From NCBI GenBank assembly GCA_963770895.1, contig CAVYRF010000001.1, positions 992,001 to 1,056,000 of the forward strand: DNA of 64,000 nt, written 5' to 3'. The DNA is from an uncultured Acidobacteriota bacterium. Lineage in GTDB: Bacteria; Acidobacteriota; Thermoanaerobaculia; Multivoradales; UBA5704. Below the pieces are notes generated by a model. That model was not told the origin of the DNA. It made no database searches and saw nothing but the letters and a program-made list of their open reading frames with translations. Every line of letters starts with the position of its first letter. The stretch's first letter is position 1. This document shows positions 17,516 through 46,800 of this stretch, one piece after another. The translations under genes were made by a program, and so were the position numbers.

Positions 17516-18157
17516 GTGAAGGCATCTTCGACAGTCATTCTTCTCGCTTGCGCAGCGCTCGGTGCCGTGGCGCTGCACGGCCAGCAGCCAAGCAAGCCGC
17601 TCTCGCCGCGCGGCACCGCCGCCACTCAGGTCGGAGCCACCTGGGTCGCGCAAAAACCTGGGGTCCCGCCGAAATACCCCGGCGGCAAATGGATCGAGGT
17701 CGAGTACGGCCGCCCGATCCTGCACGGGCGCAACAACATCTTCGGCAGCGGCGCGGACTACGGGAAGAGCGTCAATGCAGGCGCCCCGGTGTGGCGTGCC
17801 GGCGCCGGGTCCACCACCAAGCTCACCACCGAGGTGCCGATCGTGATCGGCGGCAAGACCCTCAAGCCCGGGGTCTACGATCTGTTCGTGGAGCTCAAGG
17901 AAGGAGCCTGGACCCTGATCGTGGGGACGCAGCCGACCCAGGACACCCACGACGCCAAGGAGAAGACTGCGATTTGGGGAGCCTACGGCTACGACCCCAA
18001 GTTCGACGTCGCGCGGGCGCCGATGACGGTGACCAAGCTCGAGCACTCGGTCGACCAGTTCACCATCGGCTTCCTCGACATGAGCGACAGCGGCGGCAAG
18101 CTGGGGATGGAGTGGGATACAACCGGCGCGAGCGTGGCGTTCTCGATCGCGCAATAA
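17516..18157 (+). CDS. Secreted DUF2911-family protein
   Basis: Signal peptide; LSPRG, IEVEYGRP..GR.IFG, VWRAGA, MEWD motifs. Confidence 0.8.
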   Translation: MKASSTVILLACAALGAVALHGQQPSKPLSPRGTAATQVGATWVAQKPGVPPKYPGGKWIEVEYGRPILHGRNNIFGSGADYGKSVNAGAPVWRAGAGSTTKLTTEVPIVIGGKTLKPGVYDLFVELKEGAWTLIVGTQPTQDTHDAKEKTAIWGAYGYDPKFDVARAPMTVTKLEHSVDQFTIGFLDMSDSGGKLGMEWDTTGASVAFSIAQ

Positions 18158-18260
18158 GGCTCCCAGGTTCCGGAGCGCACATTCGGACGATCAAAACCCC
18201 GGGCGGCCCGTTCACCGGAGCCGCCGTCGGCGCGCGGTGCCGCCCCGCAGGGGGAGAGGG

Positions 18261-19139
18261 CTAAAGTTCGCCGCCGGGGCGGGGAGCGAGGCCGGCCAGT
18301 TGGGCGAGGCGGCTGTAGCGCTCCTGTAGCAGGACGGCGTGACCGGGCACGAGGTCCAGGATCATCACCTCGTCGACCTGGTGTCGATCGGCGATGCTCT
18401 CGAACGCCGCCACGCAGCTGTGCGGCGCGTCAACGACCGTCACGTCGCCAAGGCCGTTGCTTTCGCGCTCGGCCAGCGCCAGGTCACGGGTGGCGGCGGT
18501 CACCATGCTGGCGACGACGATCGCCCGCGGCGCGGCGAACTCGGGGCTGGGGACGAAGTGGCGGTAGTAGGCGGCGATCACCGCGGCGCCGTCGGCGGTG
18601 GTGCCGTGGTGCAGTGAAAAGCAGAAGCCGGTGCCGTGGCGGGCCGCCCACAAGGCGCTGCTTTCGCTGGCGCCCAACAGCCACATCGGCGGCCCGTTCT
18701 CCAGATGCGGCTCGACGCCGGCCGGAAGGGACTCCGGCGGGCGGCCGGTCAACAGGCAGTGGAGCTCGTCGAGCTTCCGATCGTAGGGCCGCAAGGTCTC
18801 GGGCGGACGGCCGTCGAACATCAGGTCGCGCATCTCGGGCGGCAGCTTCAGACCGCGCGTGATGCCCAGGTCGAAGCGGTCCGGCAGCAGGTATTCGATC
18901 AACCGTGCGTCCTCGGCGATCCGCAGGGGGGTCTGGTATGTGAGGCACGCTCCCCCGCTGCCGATACGGATACCCCGTGTGGTCGCCGCCAGCAGGGAGC
19001 CCAGCATCAGCGGGTTGGCGCACTGCCACCTGCTGTGATGCTCGCCCAACCAGAAGCGCGTGAAGCCCAGGGCGTCGGCCGCCGCCATGAAGTCGACGGC
19101 GGCGCCGACGTGGCCGAAATAAAGGATCGAAAGGTTCAT
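18261..19139 (-). CDS. Luciferase-like (LLM class) flavin-dependent oxidoreductase
   Basis: GFTRFWLGEHH, IRIGSGG, PLRIAED, RFDLGITRG, PPMWLLGAS. Confidence 0.9.
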   Translation of the reverse strand: MNLSILYFGHVGAAVDFMAAADALGFTRFWLGEHHSRWQCANPLMLGSLLAATTRGIRIGSGGACLTYQTPLRIAEDARLIEYLLPDRFDLGITRGLKLPPEMRDLMFDGRPPETLRPYDRKLDELHCLLTGRPPESLPAGVEPHLENGPPMWLLGASESSALWAARHGTGFCFSLHHGTTADGAAVIAAYYRHFVPSPEFAAPRAIVVASMVTAATRDLALAERESNGLGDVTVVDAPHSCVAAFESIADRHQVDEVMILDLVPGHAVLLQERYSRLAQLAGLAPRPGGEL

Positions 19140-19292
19140 GGGGTGGTTTGAAAATCGTTGCAACAGTTCGTCGCTTCGTGATAGAGAGTTTATTGCAGGT
19201 TGGGAGCCCCGCTCAACCTCCAGCTCGTCCTCGCGGTGCGCGGCACCACCGCCGCGGACCGTTTACCACCGCCAGCGCAAAAGGAGCCAACG

Positions 19293-19451
19293 ATGCAGAA
19301 GAATCAAAAGCAGCCGCAAGGCCCCCGGATCTCTTTCCATCGCGAGACGCTGCGCCAGCTCCAGGTCAGCGAATACGAGCAGGTCAAGGCCGGCCACGTC
19401 ACCTGCCCCACGTTCTCGCAGTATCGTATCTGCCCGATCTGCTGCCTCTGA
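19293..19451 (+). CDS. Lanthipeptide-like precursor peptide (52 aa)
   Basis: AAGGAG RBS; MQKNQKQPQGPRISFHRETLRQLQVSEYEQVKAG-HVTCPTFSQYRICPICCL; directly upstream of lanC. Confidence 0.85.
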   Translation: MQKNQKQPQGPRISFHRETLRQLQVSEYEQVKAGHVTCPTFSQYRICPICCL

Positions 19452-19616
19452 TCGCCTCGCCGCGGCGCCCCGGCACCCAGGCGGCCGCTGGGGCCCCGCG
19501 GCCGCGGCGCCCGGCGCGCCGCGCTCCTGCCGCCCCGCCTCCCAGCGGCTACCTGTAGCAGCCGCCGGTGCCGGCGGCAGGCACCCGCCGCGTAGACCGG
19601 CCATGGCAGCGTTGCG

Positions 19617-20990
19617 ATGACCACCCCGCCCCCTTCTGCCGCGCACCCCGTCTGGCTGCCGCTCGCCGATGGCGACCTGGCCGCCGCGGCCTGGGAAGCG
19701 ATCGCCGCCATCGCCGTCGCGCTGGCGCCCGGCGCGGCCGCGCCGCCGCAAGGCGCCACGCCGCCGGATGTCACCCTGGCCACCGGCGATGCCGGCCGGG
19801 CGCTGTTTTTCGCCTATCTGGCGCAGCATCTCGACACGGTGCCGGCGACATCCGCATCGTCCGCGGCACCCGACCCGGCGATGCCCGCCGCAGCCGCGGC
19901 TGCGGCCGCGGTCGATCCGGCGGCCGCGGCGATGACGCTGATCGAACGGGCGGTCGCCGGACTGGCACCTGGGCCGGCGCCGGCGGGGCTGGCGCTCGGC
20001 CTGCCGGGGGTCGGATGGGTTGCCGAGCATCTGCGCGGGCGCCTGTACGAGCAGGAGGCGGCGGCCTACGACGAGGTGGACCATGTGATCCTCGCGTGGC
20101 TCGACCGGCCGGTCTGGCAGGGTGGCCTGGACCTGTTGGGCGGGCTGACCGGGCTGGGCACATATGCTGTCGAGCGGCTGCCGCGACCCGCCGCGGTGCG
20201 GGCATTGACGCGCGCCGTCGAGCACCTGGCGGCGGCGGCCGACCTGACGGCCGAAGGGGCGGCCTGGTTGACGCCTGCCGAGCGGCTGCCGCCGGCGGCG
20301 CGCGAGGCGTTTCCGCTGGGCTGCTTCGACCTGGGGGTCGCCCACGGCGCCGCCGGCATCGTGGCGCTGCTCGCCGCGGCTCGCGCGGCCGGCGTCGCTG
20401 CCGGCCCGGCGGAGCGCCTCCTGGACGCCGCGGTGCGCAGGCTGCTGGCCGGCCAGCGCCGCGCGACGGCGGCCGCCGCGGGCCGCTTCCCGCACCGGCT
20501 GGCTCCCGACGGCAGCGCGCCCGAAGGCCCCAGCCGGCTAGCCTGGTGCTACGGCGACCTGGGCATCGCCGCCGTGCTGGCGCTGGCGGCGCGCGCCGCG
20601 CGGCGACCGGATTGGCTGTCCGCCGCGGCGGACATCGCCCTGGCCGCCGCTGCCAGGCCCGCCGCCGCCTCGGGCGTGGTGGACGCCGGGCTCTGTCACG
20701 GCGCGGCGGGAGTGGCGCACCTGTTCGCGCGCCTGCATGTTGCGACCGGCTCCGCGGCGCTGGCCGACGCCGCCCGCGGCTGGCTACGCCGGGCGCTCGA
20801 CCTGCGCAGCCCCGGCCTCGGCCCCGGCGGTTTTGCCAGCTGGGCCGATACCGCGGCAGGCGGTACCTGGTGCGCCGAAGGGGGATTCTTGACCGGCGCC
20901 GCCGGCGTGGGGCTGGCGCTGCTGGGCGCAGTCTCGCCGGTCGACCCGGCCTGGGACCGCGTGCTGGCGCTGTCGCTGCGCGGCGACTGA
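19617..20990 (+). CDS. lanC: LanC-type lanthionine cyclase
   Basis: GVAHG, AWCYGDLG and GLCHG (catalytic His and Zn ligands), GFLTGAAGVGLALL, WDRVL. Confidence 0.92.
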   Translation: MTTPPPSAAHPVWLPLADGDLAAAAWEAIAAIAVALAPGAAAPPQGATPPDVTLATGDAGRALFFAYLAQHLDTVPATSASSAAPDPAMPAAAAAAAAVDPAAAAMTLIERAVAGLAPGPAPAGLALGLPGVGWVAEHLRGRLYEQEAAAYDEVDHVILAWLDRPVWQGGLDLLGGLTGLGTYAVERLPRPAAVRALTRAVEHLAAAADLTAEGAAWLTPAERLPPAAREAFPLGCFDLGVAHGAAGIVALLAAARAAGVAAGPAERLLDAAVRRLLAGQRRATAAAAGRFPHRLAPDGSAPEGPSRLAWCYGDLGIAAVLALAARAARRPDWLSAAADIALAAAARPAAASGVVDAGLCHGAAGVAHLFARLHVATGSAALADAARGWLRRALDLRSPGLGPGGFASWADTAAGGTWCAEGGFLTGAAGVGLALLGAVSPVDPAWDRVLALSLRGD

Positions 20991-21363
20991 CCGCTGGGCG
21001 ACGGCTCGGGACTCGCAGCAAGTGTAGCGGCGCATGGAAGCAAGGAGCGGGTAAGGGGCCTCACTCGCTTCCCTTGCCCCAAGGTTCGACCCCCGGCCAC
21101 CAAGCCGGCGATGCGAGCAAGCTCATGGGCCGCCGCAGCGCCAGCCAATTTGCATGAATCGAAAGCGGTTTCGCGCCTGGTCGATCGCTGGCAGTAGTCG
21201 CTCGAAGCGCTTGCTGGTTCGCTCGCGGGCGCGCTGTGGCACGTTCGTCACGAAGTCATAGTGCGCAATTCTTAGATGCAAAAATATCAAGAACTGATCG
21301 AAGCGTTGAAAATTGTGTTTTGCGAGACTCATGGTATATCTAAAAGCGCAGGAGGTGGCTTAT

Positions 21364-37755
<16,392 letters not shown>

Positions 37756-37808
37756 CGCCGCGATCGATTGGATCAGTCAATTTTGTGATCGATTGAAAAG
37801 GATGTGAG

Positions 37809-40800
37809 ATGGTGAATGTAGAGAGAGAGCCGCGCGGCCTCCTGCCTGACGTCCATTCCGTTCTCGACTTGTTCGACGCACAGGTGACTCGGACACCCGA
37901 TGCGGCGGCGGTCGTGAACGGCGCGGCGAGCTCGACCTACGGCGGGATTGCGGCCGCGGCCAACGCCCTGGCCCGCCGCCTGCGAAACCGGGGCATCGGG
38001 CCTGAGGCGAGGGTCGGGATTTGCGCCCACCGCTCGGTCGAAATGGTGGTGTTTTTGCTGGGGGCCCTCAAAGCGGGAAGCGCTTTCGTTCTCCTCGACC
38101 CCGGCGACTCGGCGGCTCGGCTGCGGCACCGCGCCGCCGATCTCGCCCTGGCCGTCGTCCTCGCGCCTGCGGACGCGGGCGAGCGGCTGCGGGAAGCTGG
38201 TATCGAGGTTCTGGCGCCGGCGGCGGCGGACCTCCTGGACGTCCCGGGCGGGTTCCCGGCGGATCCTTGGCCCGAGGGCGCGGCCTACCTCCTCGACGGC
38301 GCAGGGGCGTCCGCCCTTGTCGAACACCGAGCGCTAGCCCGCTGGCTCGCCTGGCTGCAGGAGGAGCTTTCGGTGCAACCGGGAGAGCGGGTGCTGTTTG
38401 CCTCCAACCCGACTGCCGAAAGCGCTCCCTGGGAGCTGCTATGGCCGCTTTCGCTCGGCGGCTGCCTGGTCCTGGCACCGGGCGAAGGGGTGCCTTGTGG
38501 CGAAGATCTGGCGCGGGCGGCAGCGGAGCACGGGGCGGCTCTGCTACACCTTTCGCCACCGGCCCTGGCGGCCTTCCTACGCGCCCTGCCTGGGGAGGCG
38601 GTGGGCTTGCCGACGCTGCGACAGGTGGTATGCAGCGGCGGTCTGCTGGCCAGCGCGCCGGCCCGCGCTCTGATGGCTCGCCTGGCTTGCGGCGTCCTAT
38701 ACATCTACGCGCCACGGCGGGGCGGCATCGGTGTCGCCGCGCACGCCTGCGCTGGTGAAGAGCCGCGCCCCCAGGTCCCCGCGGGTTTCGCTGCCCTGGG
38801 TTCCGTGCGCGTCCTGGACGACGACCTCCAGCTGGTGCCGGCAGGCATCCTGGGTGAGGTCTGGGCGGGTGGGGACGGCCTGCCGCGCCAGATGGGAGCC
38901 GATCCCGTCCTGACCGCGGATCGCCTGCGTCCCGACCCCTTCGCCGAACTGCCGGGAGCGCGCTCGATGCGCACAGGGGATCGGGGCCGCATGCTGCGCA
39001 ATGGCGAGGTGGAGCTGGTCCGGGGGCTCGAGCCCGGCGCCTGGGTGGAGGGGAGCTGGGTCGACGCCGGGGAAGTGGCAGCCGCGTTGCTCGAGGATGC
39101 GGCGGTGGCGGCGTGTGCAGTGGCCGTGCTGACAGCGGCCGGCGGGGATCTCAAATTGACGGCGTATGTGGTGCCGTTGGAGCCCTGGTCGCCGGAGCGG
39201 CTGCGACAGCAGCTGCCGCAGTCGCTGGTGCGGCCCCGCGGCGCAATGACCTGGGTGCGGCTCTCGGCGCTGCCGCTGACCGCAGAAGGGGACGTGGACG
39301 AACCGGCTCTGGAGGCGCTCGCGGGGGTGGCGGCCGAGGAGATGGAGAGCTGGGAGGCGAAGCTGGGCGGGGAGGCGGGTGCGGCCGACGTGGCGCTGCT
39401 GGTGCGGGAGGTCCGCGAGACGAGCCCGCCGCTGCACCTGGCGGAACTCGTGCCCGGCTGGCACCGCGCGATGCCGCTGGTGGTGGAGACGGCGGCGAGG
39501 GTCGAGCGGCTGGCGGAAGAGGCGGGGGAGGCACTCTCGATCAGCGAGGGAACGCCTCTGCCTTCGGAGCCGGGCGCGCCGCTCACCTTGCCGGCGATGT
39601 TGCTGCGGGCGCTGGCATGCGCTCCAGATCGGGGCATGATCTATTTGGAAGAGGGGATTGGCGAGGTGCGGCAGACCTATCCCGCGCTGTTGGAGGAGGC
39701 GCGGCGGATTCTCGGCGGACTGCTGGCGCTAGGCCTGGTCGCAGGCGATCGAGTGATCCTGCAACTCGATCACGCCTGCGACTTCATCCCGGTCCTGTGG
39801 GGGTGCTTTCTCGGCGGCATCGTGCCGGCGGCCATCGGGGTGGCGCCGTCATACGCCGAGCCCAACGCGGCGGTGAGCAAGCTGCTGAGCGCCTGGGAGC
39901 TGCTCGGCCGGCCGCTGATCGTGGCTCGCGAGGAGATTCTGGCGGCAGTGCGGGGGGCTTCCTCGACAATCGGTTCCTGCGTCGAAAGCGTCGAGTCGCT
40001 GCGCCGCGGTGCGCCGGCGCCGGCGCTACATCAGGGGGCGTCCGGGGATCTGGCGCTGCTCCTGCTGACCTCGGGCAGCACAGGTGCGCCGAAGGCGGTC
40101 ATGCAGAGCCATGCGGCGCTTCTGTCGCGTTGGACAGGCACGTTGCGGCACGAGGGCTTCAGCGCCGCCGACATATCGCTAAATTGGATGCCGCTCGACC
40201 ACGTCGGCGGGGTCGTCTTTTCCCATCTGCGCGACGTGTGGCTGGGGTGCGATCAGGTGCATGCGCCGCCCGCGCCGGTGCTGGGCCGCCCGCTGCTCTG
40301 GCTGGACTGGATCGAGCGATACCGGGCGACGATGAGCTGGGCGCCGAACTTCGCCTTCGGCTTGGTGGTGGATCAGGCCGGGGAGCTGGAGCGCCGGCGC
40401 CGGGACCTGTCGTCCATGCGCTACCTGGTCAGCGCCGGCGAGGCGGTGGTGGCGCGGACGGCGCGCCGATTCCTCACCCTGCTGGCGCCCCACGGCCTGC
40501 CGCCGACGGCGCTGCACCCCGGCTGGGGCATGTCGGAGACCTGCTCAGGGGCGACGTTCTCGCACGAGTTCCGTCTTGAAACGACGCATGACGAGGACTC
40601 TTTCGTGGAGTTGGGCGCGCCGCTCGCGGGGGTGTCGCTGCGGATCGTCGATCTTGAGGATCAGCCCCTGCCGGAGGGTCGTATGGGCCAGCTCCAGGTA
40701 AAAGGGGCGTCGGTGACTTCGGGGTACTACGGGCAACCCGAGTTGGCGGTCGAGGCGTTCACTGCCGACGGGTGGTTCAAGACCGGGGATCTGGGGTTTC

Positions 40801-43800
40801 TGCGACAGGGGCGTTTGACGATCACCGGCCGGGAAAAGGACGTGATCATCGTCAACGGGGCCAACTACTACAGCCATGAGATCGAGTCGGTGGTGGAGGA
40901 GATCGCGGGCGTCGAAGTGTCGTTTACGGCGGCATGCGGAGTGCGGATCGGCGGCACGGAAGGTTTGGTGGTGTTTTTCCATCCGCGGGAGGAGGGCGGG
41001 TCTCTGGCGGAGCTGCTGCAGGAGATCCGGCGGCAGGTGATTCGTCGGGTGGGTCTGACGCCGGAGTATCTGGTGCCGGTCGAGCCGTCGGAGGTGCCGA
41101 AGACAAACATTGGCAAGATCCAGCGGGCACAGCTCAAACAGCGTTTCGAGTCGGGTGAGTTCGAGGCGTCGCTGCGGCGCGTGGATCTGCTTTTGGGCAA
41201 TGCGCAGACGGTGCCGGACTGGTTTTTCCGCCAGGTATGGCGGCGGGAGCGGGGCTGGGTGGGACCGGTGGCTCCGCCGGCCGGCCGCTACCTGCTGTTC
41301 TCGGACGGCGGCGATCTGGGAGAGCGGCTACGGGAGGCGCTGTCGCGGTCCGGCCGGGAGTGCGTGGTCGTGGAGATCGCAGAGGGCGTGGAGGGAGCGG
41401 TCGCCGGCGAGGCGGGTTCGTCGCCGGCGATGGTGGGTTCGGACCGTTACCGGATCGATCCGTCGCGGCTGGAGCAGTACGGTTGGCTCGTGGAGACGCT
41501 GGTGGGCAGGGGGGCGTGGCCGCGGCGAGTGGTGCATTTGTGGAGCGCCGGGGCGGTGCAGGAGGCGGCGGGAGCAGAGGATCTGGAACTGGCGCAGGAG
41601 CTGGGCTCGTTGAGTGTGCTCGGTCTGGTGCAGGCGCTGGCGGCGGCGCGGGGACAAGGGGTGGAGCGGCCACCGGTGGACCTGCTGGTGGTGGGGACGC
41701 GTTCGCAGGGCGTCGCGGCGGGCGACCTGGTGGCAAGCGAGCGGTCGCCGGTGCTAGGGCTGCTCAAGACGATCCCGTCGGAGTTGCCGTGGATGGCCTG
41801 CCGGCACGTGGACTTGGAGCTCGCTGCAGCCGCGACGCAGGCGGAGGCGGTGTTGCGGGAGCTGTGCGTGGCGCGCGGTGCGGCGGAGGTGGCGTGGCGC
41901 GGCGGCAAGCGTTGGGTGCCGCGGTTGGAAAAAGCGGACGTGCGTCCGCGCCAGGGTGGGGAGCCGGCGCTGCGGCCGGGCGGTCTCTACCTGGTGAGCG
42001 GCGGTCTGGGCGGGTTGGGCCGGGAGATGGCGGCGCATCTGCTGGAGCACCATGGCGCCAAGCTGCTGCTGGTGGGGCGGACGCATCTCGCAGGCGGGGA
42101 GAAGGGACAGGCTCTGGCCGCACTCGAACGGCTCGGATCCGTGGTCTACGAGGCGCTGGACGTGGCGGACGAGGGCGCGGTGAGGCAGGCGGTGGAGCGA
42201 GCCGAAATGCACTTCGGGTGCCGCCTGGACGGAGTGGTGCACCTGGCGGGAGAGGGGGTGCTGCGGCCGTTGATGGAAGAGAGCCGGGAGAGTTTCCTGG
42301 CGGCGCTGTCGGCGAAGATGGCCGGCGCCTGGGTGCTGCATCGCGCACTGGCGCAGCGTCCGGATGCGGTATTCATCGCGGCCTCGTCGGTGAACGGATT
42401 TTTCGGTGGCGCGATGGTCGGCGCTTATGCAGCGGCGAACCGTTTCCTCGACACGTTCACGGTGCAGCTGAGGCAGGAGGGGCGGCGGGCGTTCAGCTTG
42501 GCGTGGAGCCGTTGGGAGGGGGTAGGTCTGAGCCGCTCCGAGAATGTGGGCGAGCTGTCCCCAATGCAGGGATATCGGTCGATCCTGCCACGCCAGGGTC
42601 TGGTATCGCTCGACGTGTCGCTGTCGCAAGCAGAGCCGCGGTTGTGGATCGGGCTCGACGGCAGCCATCCCTTCATCCGGCGTCATCTGGAGGAGCCGTC
42701 GCAGCGTCTGGAGCGCTTGGCGGTCTGTTTCACCGGCGAGCTGTCGGCTCCGAGGCTCGAAGAGCTGCGGCGGGAGCACGGAGGAGCCTTGGAGCTGCTG
42801 CATCTGGCCGAGCTGCCGCACACCGCCGCGGGCACCGTCGACCGCGATCGCCTGGCGTCGGTGATCCAAGGTCGAGCGTGGCGCCTGGCGGCCCGCCAGG
42901 GTCCGCGCACGCAGGTGGAGCAGCGTCTGGCGGAGATCTGGCGCGAGCTGTTGGGCGGCGCCGAAGTGGGGGTCGAGGACAACTTCTTCGAGTTGGGCGG
43001 ACACTCCCTGCTCGCAACGCAGATGTTGGCGCGGGTGCGCGAGCGCCTGGGAGTGGATCTGCCGTTGCGGCGCCTGTTCGAGGCTCCGACCTTGGGCGGT
43101 CTGGCTTCGGCGATCGGGGCCGAGCGGTCTGATTCCAGGGGGTCCGAGAGAGCGGAGGGTTCGCAGGATTCGCCGCCGATCGTGCCGGTTTCGCGCGATG
43201 CGGATCTGCCGCTGTCGTTTGCCCAGCAGCGCCTCTGGTTCCTCGATCAATTGGAGCCGGGGAGCACGGTCTACAACATTCCGCTGGTGCTGCGGCTGCA
43301 GGGGCGTCTTGACGCGGTGGCCCTGGCGCGGACGCTATCGGAAATCGTGGGTCGCCACGAGGCGCTGCGCACCAGCTTTCCCAGCCGCGACGGCCGGCCG
43401 GTGCAGCAGATCGCGCCGGCACGGCCGGTGGCGATGCCGGGCCACGACCTGCGGGCGCTGCCGCCGGCGATGCGGGAGGCTGAGGTGCGGCGCCTGGCGT
43501 CGGCGGCGGCCCAACAGCCGTTCGACCTCGCGCGCGGGCCGCTGCTGCGCGCCGCCCTGTTGCGGCTGGACGGCGAGGACCACGTCGCGTTGCTGGTGAT
43601 GCATCACATCATCGCTGACGGCTGGTCGATGGGAGTGTTTGTGCGGGAGGTGGCGGCGCTGTACGCGGCGTTCTGCACGGGCGAGCCGTCGCCGCTGCCA
43701 GCGCTCGCGGTGCAGTACGCGGACTATGCCGGGTGGCAGCGACAGTGGCTGTCGGGAGCGGTGCTCGAAGAACAGTTGATCTACTGGCGGGAGGTGCTCA

Positions 43801-46800
43801 GGGGCTCTCTACCGCTGCTGCGGCTGCCGCTCGATCGGTCTCGGCCGGCCGCGCCGAGCCCGCATGGCGGCGAGGTGGAGATGAATCTGCCGGCACCCCT
43901 GACGGCGGCGCTTGAAGCTTTGGCGCGGCGGGAAGGCGCCACCCTGTACATGGTCTTGTTGGCGGCCTTCCAGACGCTGTTGCTGCGCCTGACGGGCCAG
44001 GGCGACATTTCGGTGGGCACGCCGATCGCCAACCGCGAGCGGGTGGAGATCGAAGGTCTGATCGGTTTCTTCGCCAACACCCTGGTGATGCGCGTGGACC
44101 TCAGAGGTGAGGAAACCTTTCGTCAGCTCCTGGCGCGGGTCCGCGAGGCCGCGCTCGGCGCCTACGCTCACCAGGATCTGCCGTTCGAGATTCTGGTGGA
44201 AGATCTGCAGCCGACCCGCGATCTCAGCCACTCGCCGCTGTTCCAGGTGATGCTCGCGCTACAGAGCATGCCGGTGCGGAGCCTTGTGCTCGCGGACTTG
44301 ACGCTATCCGCCGTCGAGATCAAAAGCAACGCCGCTCTCTTCGATCTCGGCCTCAGCCTGGTCGAGGACGGCGGGACGCTTCAGGGGTGGCTCGCATACA
44401 AACAGGATCTTTTCGATGCTGCCACCGTCAAGCGATTGGCACGTCAGTTGGCGCTTCTGCTGTCGGGGCTGCCGCACGGCCTCGATCGGCGCCTCGACGC
44501 CCTGACCATACTTTCGGCCGCCGAGCGGCATCAGGCGCTGTGCGAGTGGGGCCAGGGTGCAGCGACCCTGCGGCTGGTGAGCGCCCGGCACGAGATCTGG
44601 GACGCATGGGCACCGGACATCGGCGGCGTGCTCGCCGCCTATGTGCTCGACGGCTTGGAACCGGTGCCGGCCGGCGTGTTCGGTGAACTTTGCGTCCGGG
44701 GAGCGGAGGGCGATCGCTCTCTGGCGCCGGAGGCCGCCGCGAAATGGACCCCAGATCCGTTTGCCGGGGAGGCGGGCGCCCGCTTGTACCGCACCGGCGA
44801 AGCGGCCCGTTTCCTGCCGAACGGCGAGATCGACCTGCCTGCCAGCTCCGCGACGACGGTGACGATCCGCGGCATCCGCGTCGATCCGCGAGCGGTGGAG
44901 GCTGCGCTGCTGGAGGATGAGGCGGTGGCGGCGTGTGCGGTCACGGCGCGGCGGATGGCCGGCGGAGAGCTCGAATTGGTGGCGTATCTGGTGCCGCTCG
45001 ATGCCTGGGCGCCGGAGCGGCAGCGGCAGCGGCTGCCGCCGGGCCTGGCGTGGTTACGAGAGGCGGTGACCTGGGTGCGCATCTCGGCCCTGCCGCTTAC
45101 TCCGGATGGGGATGTGGACGAGTCGGTGTTGGCGGCGCTCGCCGGGGTGGCGGCCAAGGAGATTGGGAGCTGGGAGGTACGGCTGGGCGAGGAGGCGGGG
45201 GTCGGCGAGGTGGCGCTGCTGGTGCGGGAGGTGCGCGATCCCGCCCAGCCGCTGCACCTGGCCGACCTCATTCCCGGATGGCAGCGCACCACGGTGCCGC
45301 CGGAGGAGGCGGCGGTGGAGGGTGAGCGGCCGGCAGAAGAGACGGGAGAGGGGCAGCCTTCGGTGAGCGAGGGGGACCTTCTGCGGCTGGCGGAGGATGC
45401 GCCGCGGACCCTGCCGGCGGCGTTGCTGCGGGCGGTGGCGCGCTCTCCGGAGCGGGGCATGATCTATCTGGAGGGCGAGACGGGAGAGGTCCGACAGACC
45501 TATCCTGAACTGCTGGAAGAGGCGCGACGGATTCTCGGTGGTCTGAGGGCGCTGGGCCTCGTGCCGGGCGATCGGGTGATTCTGCAGCTGGACCGCGGCC
45601 GCGACTTCATTCCCGCCTTTTGGGGCTGCGTGCTCGGCGGCATGATCCCGGCGCCTGCCGGCGTAGCGTCCTCGTACGGCGAGCCCAACGCGGCGGTGAG
45701 CAAGCTGCTGAGCGCCTGGGAGCTGCTGGGCCGGCCGCTGATCGTGGCCGGCGAGGAGATTCTGGCGGCAGTGCGCGGGGTCTCCCCAGAGCCCGAATTC
45801 CGCGTGGAAGGTCTTGCAGCGCTGCGCCGCGGCGTGCCGGCGCAGGAGCTTCATCAACCGGCGCCCGGGGACTTGGCGATGTTGCTGCTGACCTCGGGCA
45901 GCACGGGTGCGCCGAAGGCGGTCATGCAGAGCCACGCGGCGCTCGCGGCGCGCCCCGAAGGGATGCAGCGGTTCGACGGCCTCGACGCCACGGCGGTGTC
46001 GCTCAACTGGATGCCGCTCGATCACGTCGGCGGGATCGTGATGTTCCATCTGCGCGACGTGTGGCTGGGGTGCGATCAGGTGCATGCGCCGACCGCGCCG
46101 GTGCTGGGCCGCCCGCTGCTCTGGCTGGACTGGATCGAGCGATACCGGGCGACGATGAGCTGGGCGCCGAACTTCGCCTACGGCTTGGTGGTGGATCAGG
46201 CCGGGGAGCTGGAGCGCCGGCGCCGGGACCTGTCGTCCATGCACTTTCTGCTCAATGGGGGCGAGGCGGTGGTGGCGCGGACGGCGCGCCGATTCCTCAC
46301 CCTGCTGGCGCCCCACGGCCTGCCGCCGACGGCGATGTATCCCGGCTGGGGCATGTCGGAGACCTGCTCGGGAGTGACCTATTCGCGGCGGTTCCGTCTT
46401 GAAACGACGCATGACGAGGACTCTTTCGTGGAGTTGGGCGCGCCGCTCGCGGGGGTGTCGCTGCGGATCGTCGATCTTGAGGATCAGCCCGTGCCGGAGG
46501 GTCGTATGGGCCAGCTCCAGGTAAAAGGGGCGTCGTTGACCTCGGGGTACTACGGGCAACCCGAGTTGGCGGACGAGGCGTTCACTGCCGACGGGTGGTT
46601 CAAGACCGGGGATCTGGGGATTCTGCGACAGGGGCGTTTGACGATCACCGGCCGGGAAAAGGACGTGATCATCGTCAACGGGGTCAACTACTACAGCCAT
46701 GAGATCGAGTCGGTGGTGGAGGAGATCGCGGGCGTCGAAGTGTCGTTTACGGCGGCATGCGGAGTGCGGATCGGCGGCACGGAAGGTTTGGTGGTGTTTT

